A stretch of 64,000 nucleotides of DNA. Origin: Pseudovirgaria hyperparasitica. Its lineage: Eukaryota. This document shows, in pieces, positions 39,583 through 53,002 of this stretch. The notes under the pieces are model-generated. The model searched no databases. It was given only the letters and a program-made list of their open reading frames with translations, and had not been told where the DNA came from. Both the position numbers and the translations under genes were made by a program. The stretch lies in the NCBI GenBank assembly GCA_010093815.1, contig ML996581.1. The stretch is one strand, 5' to 3'. The first letter of the stretch is position 1; each line of letters opens with the position of its first letter.

Positions 39583-42500
39583 ATGCGTCGCGTCCGTCAC
39601 TTGATACCCGAACATACAAACCTGGAGATGCTCTCAGTATCTACCGGACGTGCTGGATGCTATAATGGGCTAATCCAAGTATCGAAGAAGTCGTGTCCAC
39701 GCCCGAAAAGGTTCTTGCATTTGAGACAACATGAAAATGGCCAGCGCGGCCGCTTGAGATCACCTAGAGGATCACTCCAAGCATGCTCAGGTGTTATAAC
39801 CACCCGAGGGGTCAAAACCCATTCTGTTCTGAACTTGGATCTACTAGCTCGCGATGACAATGCTTCTCCTGATCAAGTTCCTACAGAAGTTGAAAAGGCA
39901 TATCCTGCTGTGGTCCAGCAAGCCTCGGACAACATGCAAAAGCATCCCCAATGCGTGTTGCTGACCCGGGTCGGTGGATTCTATGAGGTTGGTTCTTCCG
40001 ATGGTCTGTCTGTGGTGAAATTCCTTCTCACGTTCGAAGCTTTACTTTGACCATGCAGATACATACGGGCCTCTTTTGAATCTCAAAGTCGCACAAAAGA
40101 AGACAAAGGAGGGTCCCGTTTCCATGGTGAGCTACTTCGACTATGCTTTCATATCGATATGCTCATCACGATAGGGTAGTCAGGGTTCCCATACTATCAG
40201 CTTGAGCGCTTTTTGAAGATCCTCGTCCAAGACATGGGTAAGCATGTCGCCATCGCAGATGAATTCCCAAACGATGCAGCAAAGATGATCAAGTCTGGCG
40301 GAAATCTCTTTGATCGAAAGATCTCCCGCATCATTACCCCGGGTACTCTTATAGACGAACATTTTATGGACCCATTCCAGAGTAATTATCTTCTAAGTGT
40401 TCACGTCGACGCGGATTCCATTCATATTCAAAGTACCCCAGAAGGACTGGTAATACAAAGTTCTCTGCCGGATCGTCCTGATACTGAGTCAGCAATAGCT
40501 GGATTAGCTTGGCTAGACCTATCCAGTGGTGACTTCTTCACTCAGATGACACCGGTAACACTTCTGTCGTCGGCAATCGCCAGGATACGGCCCCGGGAGA
40601 TCCTACTGGACGCTTTTCTAGAAGATCCTCGATACTCTAAGCTTGTACAACCACTCAAGGCAGAGGGCCACGTCCTTACTTTCCAAGAATCACCAACAAT
40701 TGTGAAGAAGTCTGATTGGCAGAAGATGTTTAAAGAAGCTGTCGGGTCTTCGAGCTCGACCAAATTCTCCCAGCACGAAGTGGCTGCAGGTGCATCTCTC
40801 TTAGCTTATGTAAAGACTCAGTTGCAAGGTAGTCAGACACATCTCCAAGCTCCTGTACAGCACCAACTTGCCGACTTCATGAGCATAGATCGTAATAGCT
40901 TTCGGGCGTTGGAAATTAGATCAACTCAACATGATGGTACTGCTAAGGGCAGCTTATTACATGCTGTCAAAAGAACGGTAACACCTGATGGCACTCGACT
41001 CCTTGCTAGTCGTTTGAGTAAGTCCTTCGTAGATCAATCATCCATTTGCTAATTCGAGACAAAGCTGAGCCCTCCTTATCTCTTAGCGTCATCAATGAGA
41101 GACTTGATCTTGTGTCACTTCTGAAGGATCACGCCTCCATTCGAGAGACAATTACTGGATACTTGCGACTTACTTCGGACAGTCCACGACTCGCATCCAA
41201 ATTCGCTTTAGGTCGTGGAGACGCCGATGATCTCATTTCATTAGCCAAGACTATTGATATTACAATAGATCTAGCGAAGTCAATTAAGGCATTTCTGGGC
41301 TCAAACGCAGTGCAAACATCGTCGTGTTCCAATGGAAATGGCTCGACACTGTCTTCTTGGAGAGATTCTCTACAAAACTTACTAAAAAGACTCTCTCTTG
41401 ATGGCCCACGTGCACTTGCCACACGTATCAAAGACTCTATAGATGAGGACGGTCTCTCAAGACAACATCAGATGGAAGATGAAACGACGGAAGTGCTTGA
41501 AGCTATGGCCCAGGATGTCGTCGGAGCGCAGGCGAACGAGCTGGAGATCAAACAGCTCCCCAAAAGACTGCAGCCGAAGAAACAACAGCGAATAATCAGC
41601 AGTAGCACTTTATCCGGTAGTAGTCAAGAGCCTTTCATTATGCGTCCGGAGTAAGTTCGCATACATCTCAACATTCTAAATATTTTTCACGTCTAACGTA
41701 AACAGCTCAAGCGACGCCCTGAAGGAATTGCATGAACATCTAGATGACTTAGAGGAGCAACAAGATGATCTTCAGAATGAACTCCGTCAAACCCACGGTG
41801 AGCATAGCTGTCCTCGTACTTCATGCAGGTCTAATTATATACCAAGTCGCCTCCAGTCTCACTCTGAGATGGACACCTGGGCTGGGACACATTGCTCATG
41901 TGAAAGGGAAAGATCGGGACAAGCTCAAAGCCTTGGATAACAGACAGCCCGTCAGCACATCCAAGTCGACCAAATCTTTCTATATCACTGCTTGGACAGA
42001 GTTGGGCAAGGATATGGATGAGACGAGGTTCCGCATTAGAACGGAAGAGCAACGTGTCCTGTCAAGCCTGCGACAAGAAGTTGTGCAGAATCTTGTGAAG
42101 CTTAGAAGAAACGCTTCTGTTCTGGCTGAGCTCGATGTTTCATCCGGATTTGCGGAACTTGCTGCCGAGAAAGAATGGATAAGACCGATACTGAATGAAG
42201 GCGTATCCCACAATATCAGCGCCGGAAGACATCCCGTCGTTGAAACAGGCTTATCACGTCAAGGAAGAACCTTCACCAGCAACGACTGCACTGTCGGTGA
42301 AGACGAAAGGATATGGCTTATCACTGGACCAAACATGGCCGGCAAAAGTACTTTCCTGCGACAAAATGCACTGATCAGCATCCTTGCTCAAACTGGATCT
42401 TTTGTACCTGCCGGGAGAGCTGAAATTGGTCTTGTAGACAAGATCTTTACCCGCGTAGGCTCTGCTGATAATCTCTACCAAGATCAATCAACCTTTATGG

Positions 42501-42907
42501 TGGAAATGGCTGAGACAGCGGAGATCTTGAAAGAAGCCACGCCTCGATCCTTTGTCATCATGGATGAAGTCGGCCGAGGTACCACCCCTGAAGATGGTGT
42601 TGCAGTTGGGTACGCGTGCCTCGATCATCTCTACCGTATCAACCGTTGCCGAACCATCTTCGCTACCCACTTTCACACCCTGGCGGACATGACGAAAGGC
42701 TTTGACAAGCTGGGCTGTTATTGCTCAGATGTCTCAGAGCAGGAGGATGGCAGCTTTTCCTACGTCCATCGGTTGCGAGCCGGGGTGAATAGGCAGTCTC
42801 ATGCTCTCAAAGTTGCGCGAGTCGCCGGAATGCCAGAAGAGGCGATCAAGACAGCAGCAAAAGTTCTTGCAGACCTGAAAGTCCCGACCACCAGCTTGTC
42901 CACCTAA
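39583..42907 (+). CDS. MSH1: Mitochondrial MutS homolog, about 6 exons; start may be ATG 39583 or 39628
   Basis: LTRVGGFYE, RIITPGTLIDE, LAWLDLSSGDF, Walker A ITGPNMAGKSTFLRQ, STFMVEM, IMDEVGRGT, FATHFH; basic N-terminus. Confidence 0.93.
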
Positions 42908-44338
42908 ATGTCGACAACTTCCTCCCCTCATTCTGTTTTGATTAGCCAGGTGTGAACATGCTGCCACTAAACCGTACAGGCAAGGACACTAGCTATATGT
43001 AGAAGCATTGTAAGATACTTGTCTTTGGATATCGACGCAACTGTAGTAATACTACTTTGCCAACCAAGAGATTATACCCCCAAAACTTGTATAGATACCA
43101 ATAATTAACGCCAATGAAATGTTAATCTCTGTACTAAATAGAGCCCACCTTTCTTAACAGACTCTAAGCACAGATGAACTATAGAGACTGACTGAGTGTT
43201 ATTTCACATCAGAGTATGATATAGGAGTACAGATGCTATGAGATGTGTCATCGAAGACCGAATCCAACTACATGTTCTCAAGATTGCTCCACGTATACAA
43301 CTGGTTGCACAGCGCTCGCGTGCTGATCATAGAAATAACATAGAGGCTTCATAATCTTGCGTTATCTGCGCCAGGTGGTATCGGCCCCATTCCTGACGAA
43401 AAGGGAGTCATTTAGTCCATCCTTAGATTAGAGACACTCAGCATCATATCACATCCTTGCGAGGTATCGCCCTCGCTCTTCTTTGACGCAATACATAAGC
43501 ATAAGAGACCTCTTCGAATTTGATTCCTACTGGTGGTCGATCGGGAAGTCCGAAATATGTTGGCGATCGAATTTGACTTGGGGCTGAATTCTCTCGGCTT
43601 GAGATCCTTTGCATTAGTATGGTTGGTCATACTCTGTCTAGCACTACAAATTGAGAGGCTACTGACCCATAGCTATTGGAATCAATCGAACTGAATGGTT
43701 TCTCTGCTGTCCGGATTGTGAGGTGGGCCTGTCCAACCGGTGCGGCTGCCTCCTATCTACGCAAGGTAGACATCTACAACGATTCGTAGCATTAACGCAA
43801 ACTTCAACGACCGAAGCATCCGAACAACCCATGCTATAAATTCCAGGCCTGAACTGGACGCGGCGAGACGAGGCTGGCGTACAGGGTGAATCATGGTAGA
43901 TAGATGCTTTGACGACTTCCGTTCTTGTGTGATGGACGGGCGAGATAAGCCGAGAAACGGCCAGTGCTGCATTGACTGAGATAAGAGATACAAAGTGGAG
44001 GAAGACGACAGGAGGAAAATAACAATTAGTGTATCTATGGTGACGATCGAGAGTAGTGTATTCATGTTCAGCGAGAATCGGTGGTACGTGGCTTCTTAAC
44101 CTGACAAGCCTGTTCAGCAACTCGCTGTGAGCACCATCTACTCCAATTCCCATCTCCAAAACGTCATCGACCCATCCTTTCGGGTATTCAACGACAAGAT
44201 CAAAATGCAAAACTGCGAACCCTGGGTGATAGCCCAGAGCACCCACAGGAAACCCCCGCCGCGATGCTGACAAGCCAAGCTAAGCGGGGATTTTGAAATT
44301 TGGGTGAGGTTGGTTGCGATCAGTAAACTGAAAATTGC

Positions 44339-44421
44339 CACGCCTCGCCGGGAATTGAACCCAGCATATTACATAGAGACAGCCAGTGAATCCCACAGAG
44401 TTACCACTAGACCATACAAGT
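44339..44421 (-). pseudogene. Degenerate tRNA-like element (pseudo-tRNA or tRNA-derived Pol III promoter)
   Basis: A box TGGTCTAGTGG (44414-44404), intact T-arm/B box CTGGGTTCAATTCCCGG, followed by TTTT. Acceptor, D and anticodon stems pair poorly. Confidence 0.65.
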
Positions 44422-44993
44422 GAAGGCGAAAGATACTCTGCCGAACCACTATTTGTAGGCGTAGAAGAGAGGAACCCATAGACTGGGTTGAAGGTGGGTT
44501 CGCTCTAGACAGGTCGCGCTGCTGTCGAGAATTGGGGGTGGTATTGTGCTTGAAAGTTGACTAGAGGATTTTGTCTTTGAACATAATTTCACCGATGAGA
44601 CACCAAACCAAACACAATTCTCCTTGCTCTTGTGCACACAGATAGCCATAGATAGCAAATTATTCAGTAGCCACTTGGCTGCAAGATCAAAAAGAAAATC
44701 GTGCCAGTCCTGGCTATTAACGAATATATCCCGCTGTTGGGATTCAGGCTGAGATTTGACACGAAGAAAATGAGATGATAGTTTTTAAGATATTTAAAAG
44801 GGAGTTGTAAGAACAATGGAGACATGAGAACATAGCCTTACGACGTTCAGATTACGATCTTATGAAGTTCCCAGGAGGATTTTATGGGATGAGAATTATT
44901 CGCAACACGCTCTTTTCTGATCGCTTTTGTTCACATCATTTCATTGTGCCCAATAATCTCGAAACATACGCCTCAAATACAGTCGATGGCTTG

Positions 44994-45291
44994 TCATGAA
45001 TTTTCCTTGATCTCATTGAATGCTTGCTTCTTTTTGTCGTTGATGATCTTAGCCTTCTCCCGGTTGAGTCTTTGTCTTTCCAATCTTTCTCCGCGTAGAC
45101 ATTTATTCACGGCTATCTTTGCGTCCGTACATGCACCTGTACATCGATAGAGGAAGCCTCGTGCATGGCACTCCTCGAGGGCGTTCATGACATCTGCGCA
45201 ATCTGATTATGACGGGTCAGGTCCATGTAGTCATAAGTAATGAACGTAGTTTCGTACTTGTATTATCTTTGGTATGCAGATGGGGATGCAT
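44994..45291 (-). CDS. CMC2: COX assembly twin-CX9C protein Cmc2, 2 exons
   Basis: MHPHLHTKDN...|CADVMNALEEC...CTDAKIAVNKC LRGERLER: twin CX9C. Confidence 0.9.
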
Positions 45292-45634
45292 CTTGACTCG
45301 ACATGTGGTGGTGCTTCTCCAGACGTCAATGCGATTGGGACGAAGGAAGTCCTGCTGTTCTTGATGTCAGAACCCTCGCAAGCTAGGGACGACAAGCACT
45401 AACCGTTCTAGTACTAGCCTTCTAATATCTCAACGGCCAGAGTTTTGGGAGATATTCTTGTTGCCTCTAAGAGCTGCTCAATACAGCTTTCAAAGCTACA
45501 CAAAGCATATAGAATCATAAACTTCGAACGTTCTCCAATTCGGTAAGCCGTATTGATTACAACCACCTGGCTCAAGCGGAGAAGGCCTGCATCCGTATCA
45601 CGAGCACATAGAGAGTTTACGTCGAATCATTCAA

Positions 45635-46301
45635 ATGTCACAACCACAGCAGCAGCAACTGTCGACAAGACGGCAGCAAGGTATGTTCTGATACTCGTCG
45701 AAAAACATGGCTGACAGCAACAGAGCTGCAAACCCAGTACACGAATTACAAAAACACTCTTCAGCAGATAGCCCAGAAAATTGGCGACGTCGAACAAGAA
45801 ACAGACGAGCACAAGTAAGTCAACTCACCTTCCCCACCTTGTATTCTACATTGTGTTCCACTTGACCTTTTCGTGGTAATGCCGCACCCCTGTCGTTTAC
45901 CTTTCGATGTGTTCTCTTCGTCACTTCATTTAGCCTCTCGCCCTTATCAGTCACCTTCACGGAACAAATTGTCCAGACTGAATATCGCATGCTAGCTCTT
46001 TGACATGCTGATATAGTACATCAGACTCGTCCTGGAAACTCTGCAACCCTTGGATGGTAGCAGGAAATGCTTCCGAATGATGAATGGCGTCCTGGTAGAG
46101 CGCACTGTAGAAGAAGTGGTACCGGCTCTAAAGACCAATTCCGAAGGTCTAAAGAAGGTACTGGACGATCTCGTGAAGCAGTATTCAACGAAGCAAGAAG
46201 AGCTTGAGAAGTGGAAGGTATGTGTGCTCTCTATGAAGAATAACGAATAAATCCTCATCCCAGTACAGAAAAAGAACAATATACAGGTTGTCCAGCAGTG
46301 A
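45635..46301 (+). CDS. GIM4: Prefoldin subunit 2, 4 exons
   Basis: ELQTQYTNYKNTLQQIAQKIGDVEQETDEHK|LVLETLQPLDGSRKCFRMMNGVLVERTVEEVVPAL...WK|KKNNIQVVQQ*. Confidence 0.93.
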
Positions 46302-48980
46302 TTCGATCGAGAGTGTGCGCAAAAACGAACACGAAAAAAATCGTCCAGATGAGTCTCTAGACGACGCCCTGTTACTGGCCTATCTCACGACTGCGATCAC
46401 ATCATTTGTCTAAACTTCCTCGTCAAGCGGAAGCTCAATTTCGCCTAGCATTTCGGGCACACATAATCGACGACACGCCACCGTCATTCTGAGAACTCAA
46501 CGTGGCATTAGTGGACACAATTTACAGCTTTGAGATGACGCAGGCAGCAATAGCATACACTTTGTGGTGCCCTCGCTTCGCCTTGATTGAGTCATCTTAG
46601 TGTATCATGGCGTTGGTCCCGTTGGAGATAATGACAACTCACTCCACACCCTTGATTTCTCAATCGTCCCGTTCTTCCTAGCTCGTGCACACCTCATACT
46701 CTACAACTTGTGTCAACCAGCATCCATATGTCGATGTGTGACAAATGGTCACCTATGGATCATCCTGCTACGTCATCTGCAGACAATCACGGTTAATCCT
46801 TGATACATATGAGCTTGATACTCATTCATCTACCGGAGTGCCCACCAAGAGATGCCGCAAATTGTAAATAGCAACGAATAGGACAGAATCCCGTCCCAAT
46901 GGATTTTGACAAGGCTGCATGATGGCATTAAGTAGCGGGGGTGGGGGTGGAGCTCATGCACCTCTGCGCTGGCCAACGATGTTGGCAGCTTTCGACCAAG
47001 ATCATCCTGGACCACCGCTGACGTGCTCGTATGACCCGGGCTTTCTGCAAGAAAAAAAACATGTCCCCCTTGGCATGAACTTGGGATTGGTGGTGTTGCC
47101 TCAGCTAGGAGAGTCAGCCAGTAGACTCCTCCATAGTCGCTTTCAAAAAGAGCCTTTCTAGCATGTGCATCATGTAGAGATCTTAGTGCACTAGTCATTG
47201 AATGCAGGGAACATATAAACAGATCAGCACCGGTCACTGAAGTTGGAGTGCGATTGTCTACTCCAATGTTGCAATACCGTTCTCGACTGATGACGATTGG
47301 TCGAACCCTGTAATTACCATGCAGGCTTTCTAAACCTCTATTGGCTTTTCATTTCGGGTGGAAGAAGGTGAGGCGTTGGGCATGAATGCTTTCTATTGCA
47401 TTGATGACTAGGCTGGCCATAACAGCTGCATATATTCTCAAAACACAAAACATGCTGCGAACTACCTAGATAATAAATGATTGGCTTGTGGTCGTAAACA
47501 GAAACACGTATGCCCCCATAACCGCCTCGTGTATATCACCAATGAACGAACAGACGACGTTCAGCCGCATAGTTCGCAGAGCACAGCAGATGCGGATTGG
47601 ATACAGTCGCGCTCCAACGGCTGGAAGATATATTGGAGTAACATGAAGAACGGGAGCAACACAACCCCTGTTGCTTGGTGACCCTAGGCAAGACAACCGC
47701 GAGGACACAGGTCATGTCTGAGGTGTCTCAGTCTCCCGCGTTCTCTCAGCCGCCCGGCAAGTGATTTGACTGGCTTACATTGTCGACTCCGTTGGATGAG
47801 CATGAAAACGAGAAGCGGGTGGCACATCCATAGTATTAGTAGCGCATGCAGTGTCCGTGTCGGCAATGTTGGCTATTGCCAGAAGCACTTCCAAGTAGGC
47901 AACCATGATACTATGAATGATGCTTGAGAATGATCAAGTATCACGCAGCCGTGGACGTGTAGACCATGATGTGACGTGTGCCAGCAGAACAAAGCATTAT
48001 CAATTAGAAGCGATCCTTGGATAGAGGTTGGCGATCGTAGCCTTGTTGCAGCCTCAGGCTCAAGCCAACATCCCGTCTAACCCCCACCGGCCGCAAAAGC
48101 TCCCCTCCTTCTTCCGCCTTGCAGCTCCAGCCTTCAGCTCCGACCAACCCGTCGCGGTTCGTCGTTCATCCCATTGATTGTCTTCATCTTCTCACTATAA
48201 TACCATCATTCGACCTAATTGCCGCCCTCTCTCACAGGCGCACAAAACATTCCGACAGGCGGAGCGCACAGTAAGTGCTTCAGTGCGCGCGCAAGACTAC
48301 AGACACAACAGTCTCTCTGTGGCGCGTGTCGCCTCTTAAGCTCGTCCCAGCTATACTCCAATCTAACTCATGTCAGAAACGCGACCAACACACGCACACC
48401 TGCAGCTACACCATCTCCTTCGGCCACGTCTACTCGCAGATAGGCTATACTCATCCTCGACCAGCTCTCTGCCTCTGCTGTAAACTACTAGACCGCCTCG
48501 TAACGGATCGCAAGAGCTGTTTAGTCGTACAATCATCAATCCTTACTGCCCGCGCCGCCGTTCTGTCTGCCCTTGCACCACCTTGGCTCCATCCACATCC
48601 CTCGCGAGAGACGAATAGTCCCACTTAGGTCTCTGCATCCCTCCGCTCAGCCATCTGGGTCCTGCAGCTGCTCAATTGCAATTACATCTTAGCCTGTTTA
48701 AACATCCAGTAATACTCTCAAATCTGATTCCACGACCCACCGACTGGCCCTGTCTAATACCACACCTGCGTTACCGCGCGTCATACCCCGGTTGCCCTAA
48801 CCGTCCCCAAGTCGAGGTCGCATACTCGGCCGCGGCCAAATTTCTATCTGCCTTCTGCGCGTCAGAAGAAGGAACGTCTAGAAGCAAACAGTGACGTGTT
48901 TGCCAGCGAATAGTTGACCAATTCGCCAGCTCACCGCAAGCGCACGTAGGCTTTGGTTGCCTGTAGGAGACCGAATAAAC

Positions 48981-50129
48981 ATGTCGGCTTCCCCTCCAAA
49001 AAATAAGGATGTGGAACAAGGAGCATCGCCTGACGGTTCCGAGCCGCCCATGGACAGAGACGGTCAGGACGCACAAGCACTCGGCCTTGATTTTGAAGTT
49101 AAGGAGCAGGACCGATGGCTACCAATAGCAAATGGTTTGTCTCTACTTGTGTTCCCTTGAGCAGATTCTGTGCAACTGTCCCTTTTTTCACTGCATGTCG
49201 ACCGATCAATCGCCGCGCATGGTTTCAGCAAACCTATCACGGACATGTCGATGTCTGCCTGATTCTGTTTGTCTCCTGTCGAATCGGTTTCTTTCCTGCC
49301 CAGTCGATCACAGAAACGCCTCTCGTTGACTGTCGTGTCTCTATGAACGGCTGACTTGCAGGCTGTTATCATGTCATCTGCTTCTCCTTCCTCTCCTGCA
49401 TCTTCCTCAAAACGCGCGTCCAAAGCAGCAGATGCAGCAGCTTCAGATGCTAACATCCGTAACTTTGCTCCAGTTGCTCGGATTATGAAATTGGCACTCC
49501 CAGACAATGCAAAAATCGCAAAGGAAGCCAAGGAGTGCATGCAAGAATGCGTGAGCGAGTTCATCTCGTTCATAACGAGCGAAGGTCGGTTCTGTTCCGT
49601 ACTCCATTGACTGTAACCTGCTCATCTTTATGCAGCTTCCGAAAAGTGCCAACAAGAGAAGCGGAAAACTGTCAATGGCGAGGACATCCTCTTCGCCATG
49701 ACTTCTCTTGGATTCGAGAACTATGCCGAAGCATTGAAGATCTACCTCTCTCGGTATCGCGAAGTAAGCTGCCCAAAGCCCCTCTAGTCACACTACCAGC
49801 ACAATCACCGCTTCCCGTACCCAAACTCCTGCATCCCCTTGCCATCTCCTATGTCACTACCCTACAAAGACAATATCTGAACTCTTCGTATTGATTGGTG
49901 GCACGAGACCCTCCTCGCAAATCAGAACAAACCTGCCGCTCAGTTCGTCAATTCCAGTGGGCCTGCCGGGAGTGTCACTGGGTCGAGCTCTGCCAATGCC
50001 GCCTCCGCCTATGCCGCAGAACAGACTGCCGCAAGCAACAACGGCAACATACTAGGCGAGGGCCTCGAAGAAGGGCAGGATGCCAGCGCCTTCGGATACC
50101 CCGTCCAGAACGGGGGAGACGGGTTCTAA
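48981..50129 (+). CDS. HAP3: CCAAT-binding complex subunit HapC/Hap3 (NF-YB), 4 coding exons
   Basis: [93 protein letters not shown]. Last acceptor ambiguous (two in-frame options). Confidence 0.95.
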
Positions 50130-50439
50130 GCGCCGCGTCGGGCGCCGGTGCCGAGAATCAGGAGCCTTACGGATTTGTGGCGAAGAGTCCCGATAAGAGA
50201 AGGAATCTTACGTATGTGAAACATCCTGGGCACCGGAAATGGGGAAGGAGGATAGACATGAGGAATGAGGAAGTCGGAATCACGTGAATGGGAGGAATAT
50301 CGAGGTAAACTGTCACCAACCGCAAGACGAGTCTATTGTATGATTGGGATTTCTTGTCTTGGCTCTCCTTACAATCACTGGAATGTATAGTATATGTCGG
50401 ACACGCTCACAGCTGTCCGCAATAAATTTTTGCCCAAAG

Positions 50440-51391
50440 CTAAATCCCTTTACGTGCAACTCCTCTCAGTCGCACATACCCTATCCACCAGCTCTCATCC
50501 TCTCGCTTCATCACCGGCTCCAGTACCTCCATCATCCATTGCACCACATCTGCCCTCTTCGTCTCGTCCACGACAGCAATGTAGTCGGCGCACATGAGCT
50601 TAATCCACCCTTCCAGCCCTCCCGACCCCTCATCATTCATCTGCGTCAACTGCGTCGGTCGGCACTCGGTCTCAACCTTCTCGACCACAAACCCAGCCTC
50701 CGCCAACGCGTTCCGCATCCACACATCCGACGGGAAGAACCACGGCGACGCCGCCCGCGCATCCGCCAGCCCCACGCCATGCGCTCGCAGCGCAGCCATC
50801 GCTGTCGCATGCACCTCGGCCACATTCCCTGCGCCCCCCATCTCGAACACGAACTTGCCCCCCGGCGCAAGTAGAGCGTGGACGTTGCTGAAGAAGGCCG
50901 CGCGCGTGTCTGGGGCCGCGAGGATCCAGTGCATGGCGGCGTTGGAGAAGACTTTCGTGTATGCGCCGCGGGTGGTGGTGGTGGTGGGGTGGGCGGATAT
51001 GTAGTCTGCGAGGTTGGTGCAGTCTTGGACAAGGAAGGGGATGGATGGGTACGATTTGCGGGCGGATGTGATCATGGAGGGAGAGGCGTCGAGGCCGGTG
51101 ATGCGGGATGGGCTGGCGAGGGAGTGGTGGATGATGTGGGTGAGGTGGCCGTCGCCGCAGCCGATGTCGAGGATTGTGTCGTCCGGGTTTGCGTTGAGGT
51201 AGGAGAGGACTTTGGTCGTTAGTTTGGGGACAAAGGAGGCGGCTGCCGAGTAGACCTGAGTTAGGTTAGTTTGTGTTTGTTTGGTTGTTGGGATGGGGAT
51301 GGAGTTGAAACAATACATCTGATGACCAGTTGTCTCTGCCGGCCTCCTCGTCAGGCTGTACATTTTGACGCTGCTTGAATGCTTCGAGCAT
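50440..51391 (-). CDS. Class I SAM-dependent methyltransferase (trans-aconitate methyltransferase-like), 2 exons
   Basis: Spliced N-terminus ...DNWSSD|VYSAAASFVPKL; ILDIGCGDG, GLDASPSMI, VFSNAAMHWI, FVFEMGGAGN, YVRLR. Confidence 0.88.
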
Positions 51392-51587
51392 TATGTTGAT
51401 GGTTTCATAAAATTCTGACTGTCATCAAATGATTCCTTTCAAGGTATGTGTATATTGAGCCGATAGCCGATGTCGGAGGGGTAGCTGTGATGATGTAGGT
51501 AGCTACCTGCGTGTAAGGTTATCGTCTGATTATTCGGCCATGAATGCAATGCCAGATTGAACCGTAAATACTTCCTCTATCAAAGCG

Positions 51588-53002
51588 CTATGCCGCTCTT
51601 CGGCGTTTCATGAGTACACTCAGGGGCAAATCATCCTCATCGTAGAACTCGACGTCTTCGTCGACGCCGAAGTCGCGAAGTCGCTCACCCTCAGAATTCT
51701 TCCAGCCTTCTTCCCCACTTGCACTTCCAGCATCGCTGAGCCCATCATCTTCGCTCTGTTCCGTGTCGATCTGCTTTTCAATGCGCTGTCGGAAAGGTCG
51801 CCTGCGGCGCATATCTTCTTCTTGGCGTTGTCGAAAAGCTTGGATCCTCATTTCCTCTGGTTCTTCGTCGTGGTCTCGTATCTCTCCTATGCTAGGGGCT
51901 GGCATGGACCGAAGTACACGATCTGGGTCTGGAGGAGGCCAGCTTTTGGCAGCGTCTTCGAAGCCATTCTCCTCGAACGAAACACCATCCTTGGCCTTTG
52001 GCGTCGCAGAGAAGGGCCAGAACCAGGCAATGATCTATATCTCAGTAGTCAGTACCTTCGCTATCAAATATTGGATGATGGCACACACATTCCATGTATT
52101 CATGCCTTGAGCAATGTTCTTGAAGATGCCGATATCGTACGGAAACTCTTGTCTCACGATCCTCACTTTTGACCCATCCGGTGCTGTAAGATAGCCACCA
52201 AGGTATCTTGCTCGTCTGAGAAGGGTCTCGTGGCGCTCTATCTCCCAGCCTTCAATGGTGGTAGTGTTGATAGCAAGTGACCATACCACCCGAATAAGCA
52301 AAATGGACAAAGCGAAAAGAGTGAACGTATTGACCACGACCAAAACAAAAAGATGTGCCAGTTTGAGTGGTGATGGTCCGTAGTACTGGCATTATTAGCA
52401 CTACTGCGCTGTCTGTAGGCGTCTTTGTTTCACATACACTGGGGAGGTGGCGATTTTCCCATAGAATTGCTCCCCGCTGCCATATGAAGGTCATGAGATA
52501 AGACATTGCTGCTACAGCATATACCAAGAAACGCATGAAGTGCGGAAATGTTGTAAAAGATACGCAATTCGCCGTCCACGGACAGTGGTGATCCATCTTA
52601 GGTATACATCTGAACACGTGAGCACTCTCATCTGGATTCATGGTAATGGAACGAACGCATTATATACCTTCCACATGTCTTGCAGTGGTGAGCTCGTGGG
52701 GGCTTGAAAGCTTCACACCTGCGACACCAGCGCCCTCGCAATTTTCCAGAATGCGCTTCGAGCGATGCGATATCTGAAGGTTTGGTGTCCCAGTCTTTAG
52801 GTATGCCGCCAGGGTCTGTCGCGCATGCTCGAGCGTAGGATATCAATAGACATATCAAAAGACCATTGAATATCAGTAGCTCTTCAGTATTTAGTGGACG
52901 TGGTTCCAGATATAAGAACAGTATTTGGGATGTGTACGCTAAGAAGAAGATGAGAACGAGCACGGCAGGAATCGCAAACGATCCGAGCTCAATCGCGGCC
53001 AT
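51588..53002 (-). CDS. PFA4: DHHC palmitoyltransferase Pfa4, multi-exon
   Basis: WCRRCEAFKPPRAHHCKTC|RCIPKMDHHCPWTANCV, NTTTIEGWEIERH, EFPYDIG, WKNSEGERLRDFGVDED. Confidence 0.92.

Noticed and set aside
43659..44273. 204-aa minus-strand ORF
   Set aside because: Non-ATG start, no codon bias or recognisable domain.
46400..48000. Short ORFs between GIM4 and hapC
   Set aside because: No coherent exon chain or recognisable product.
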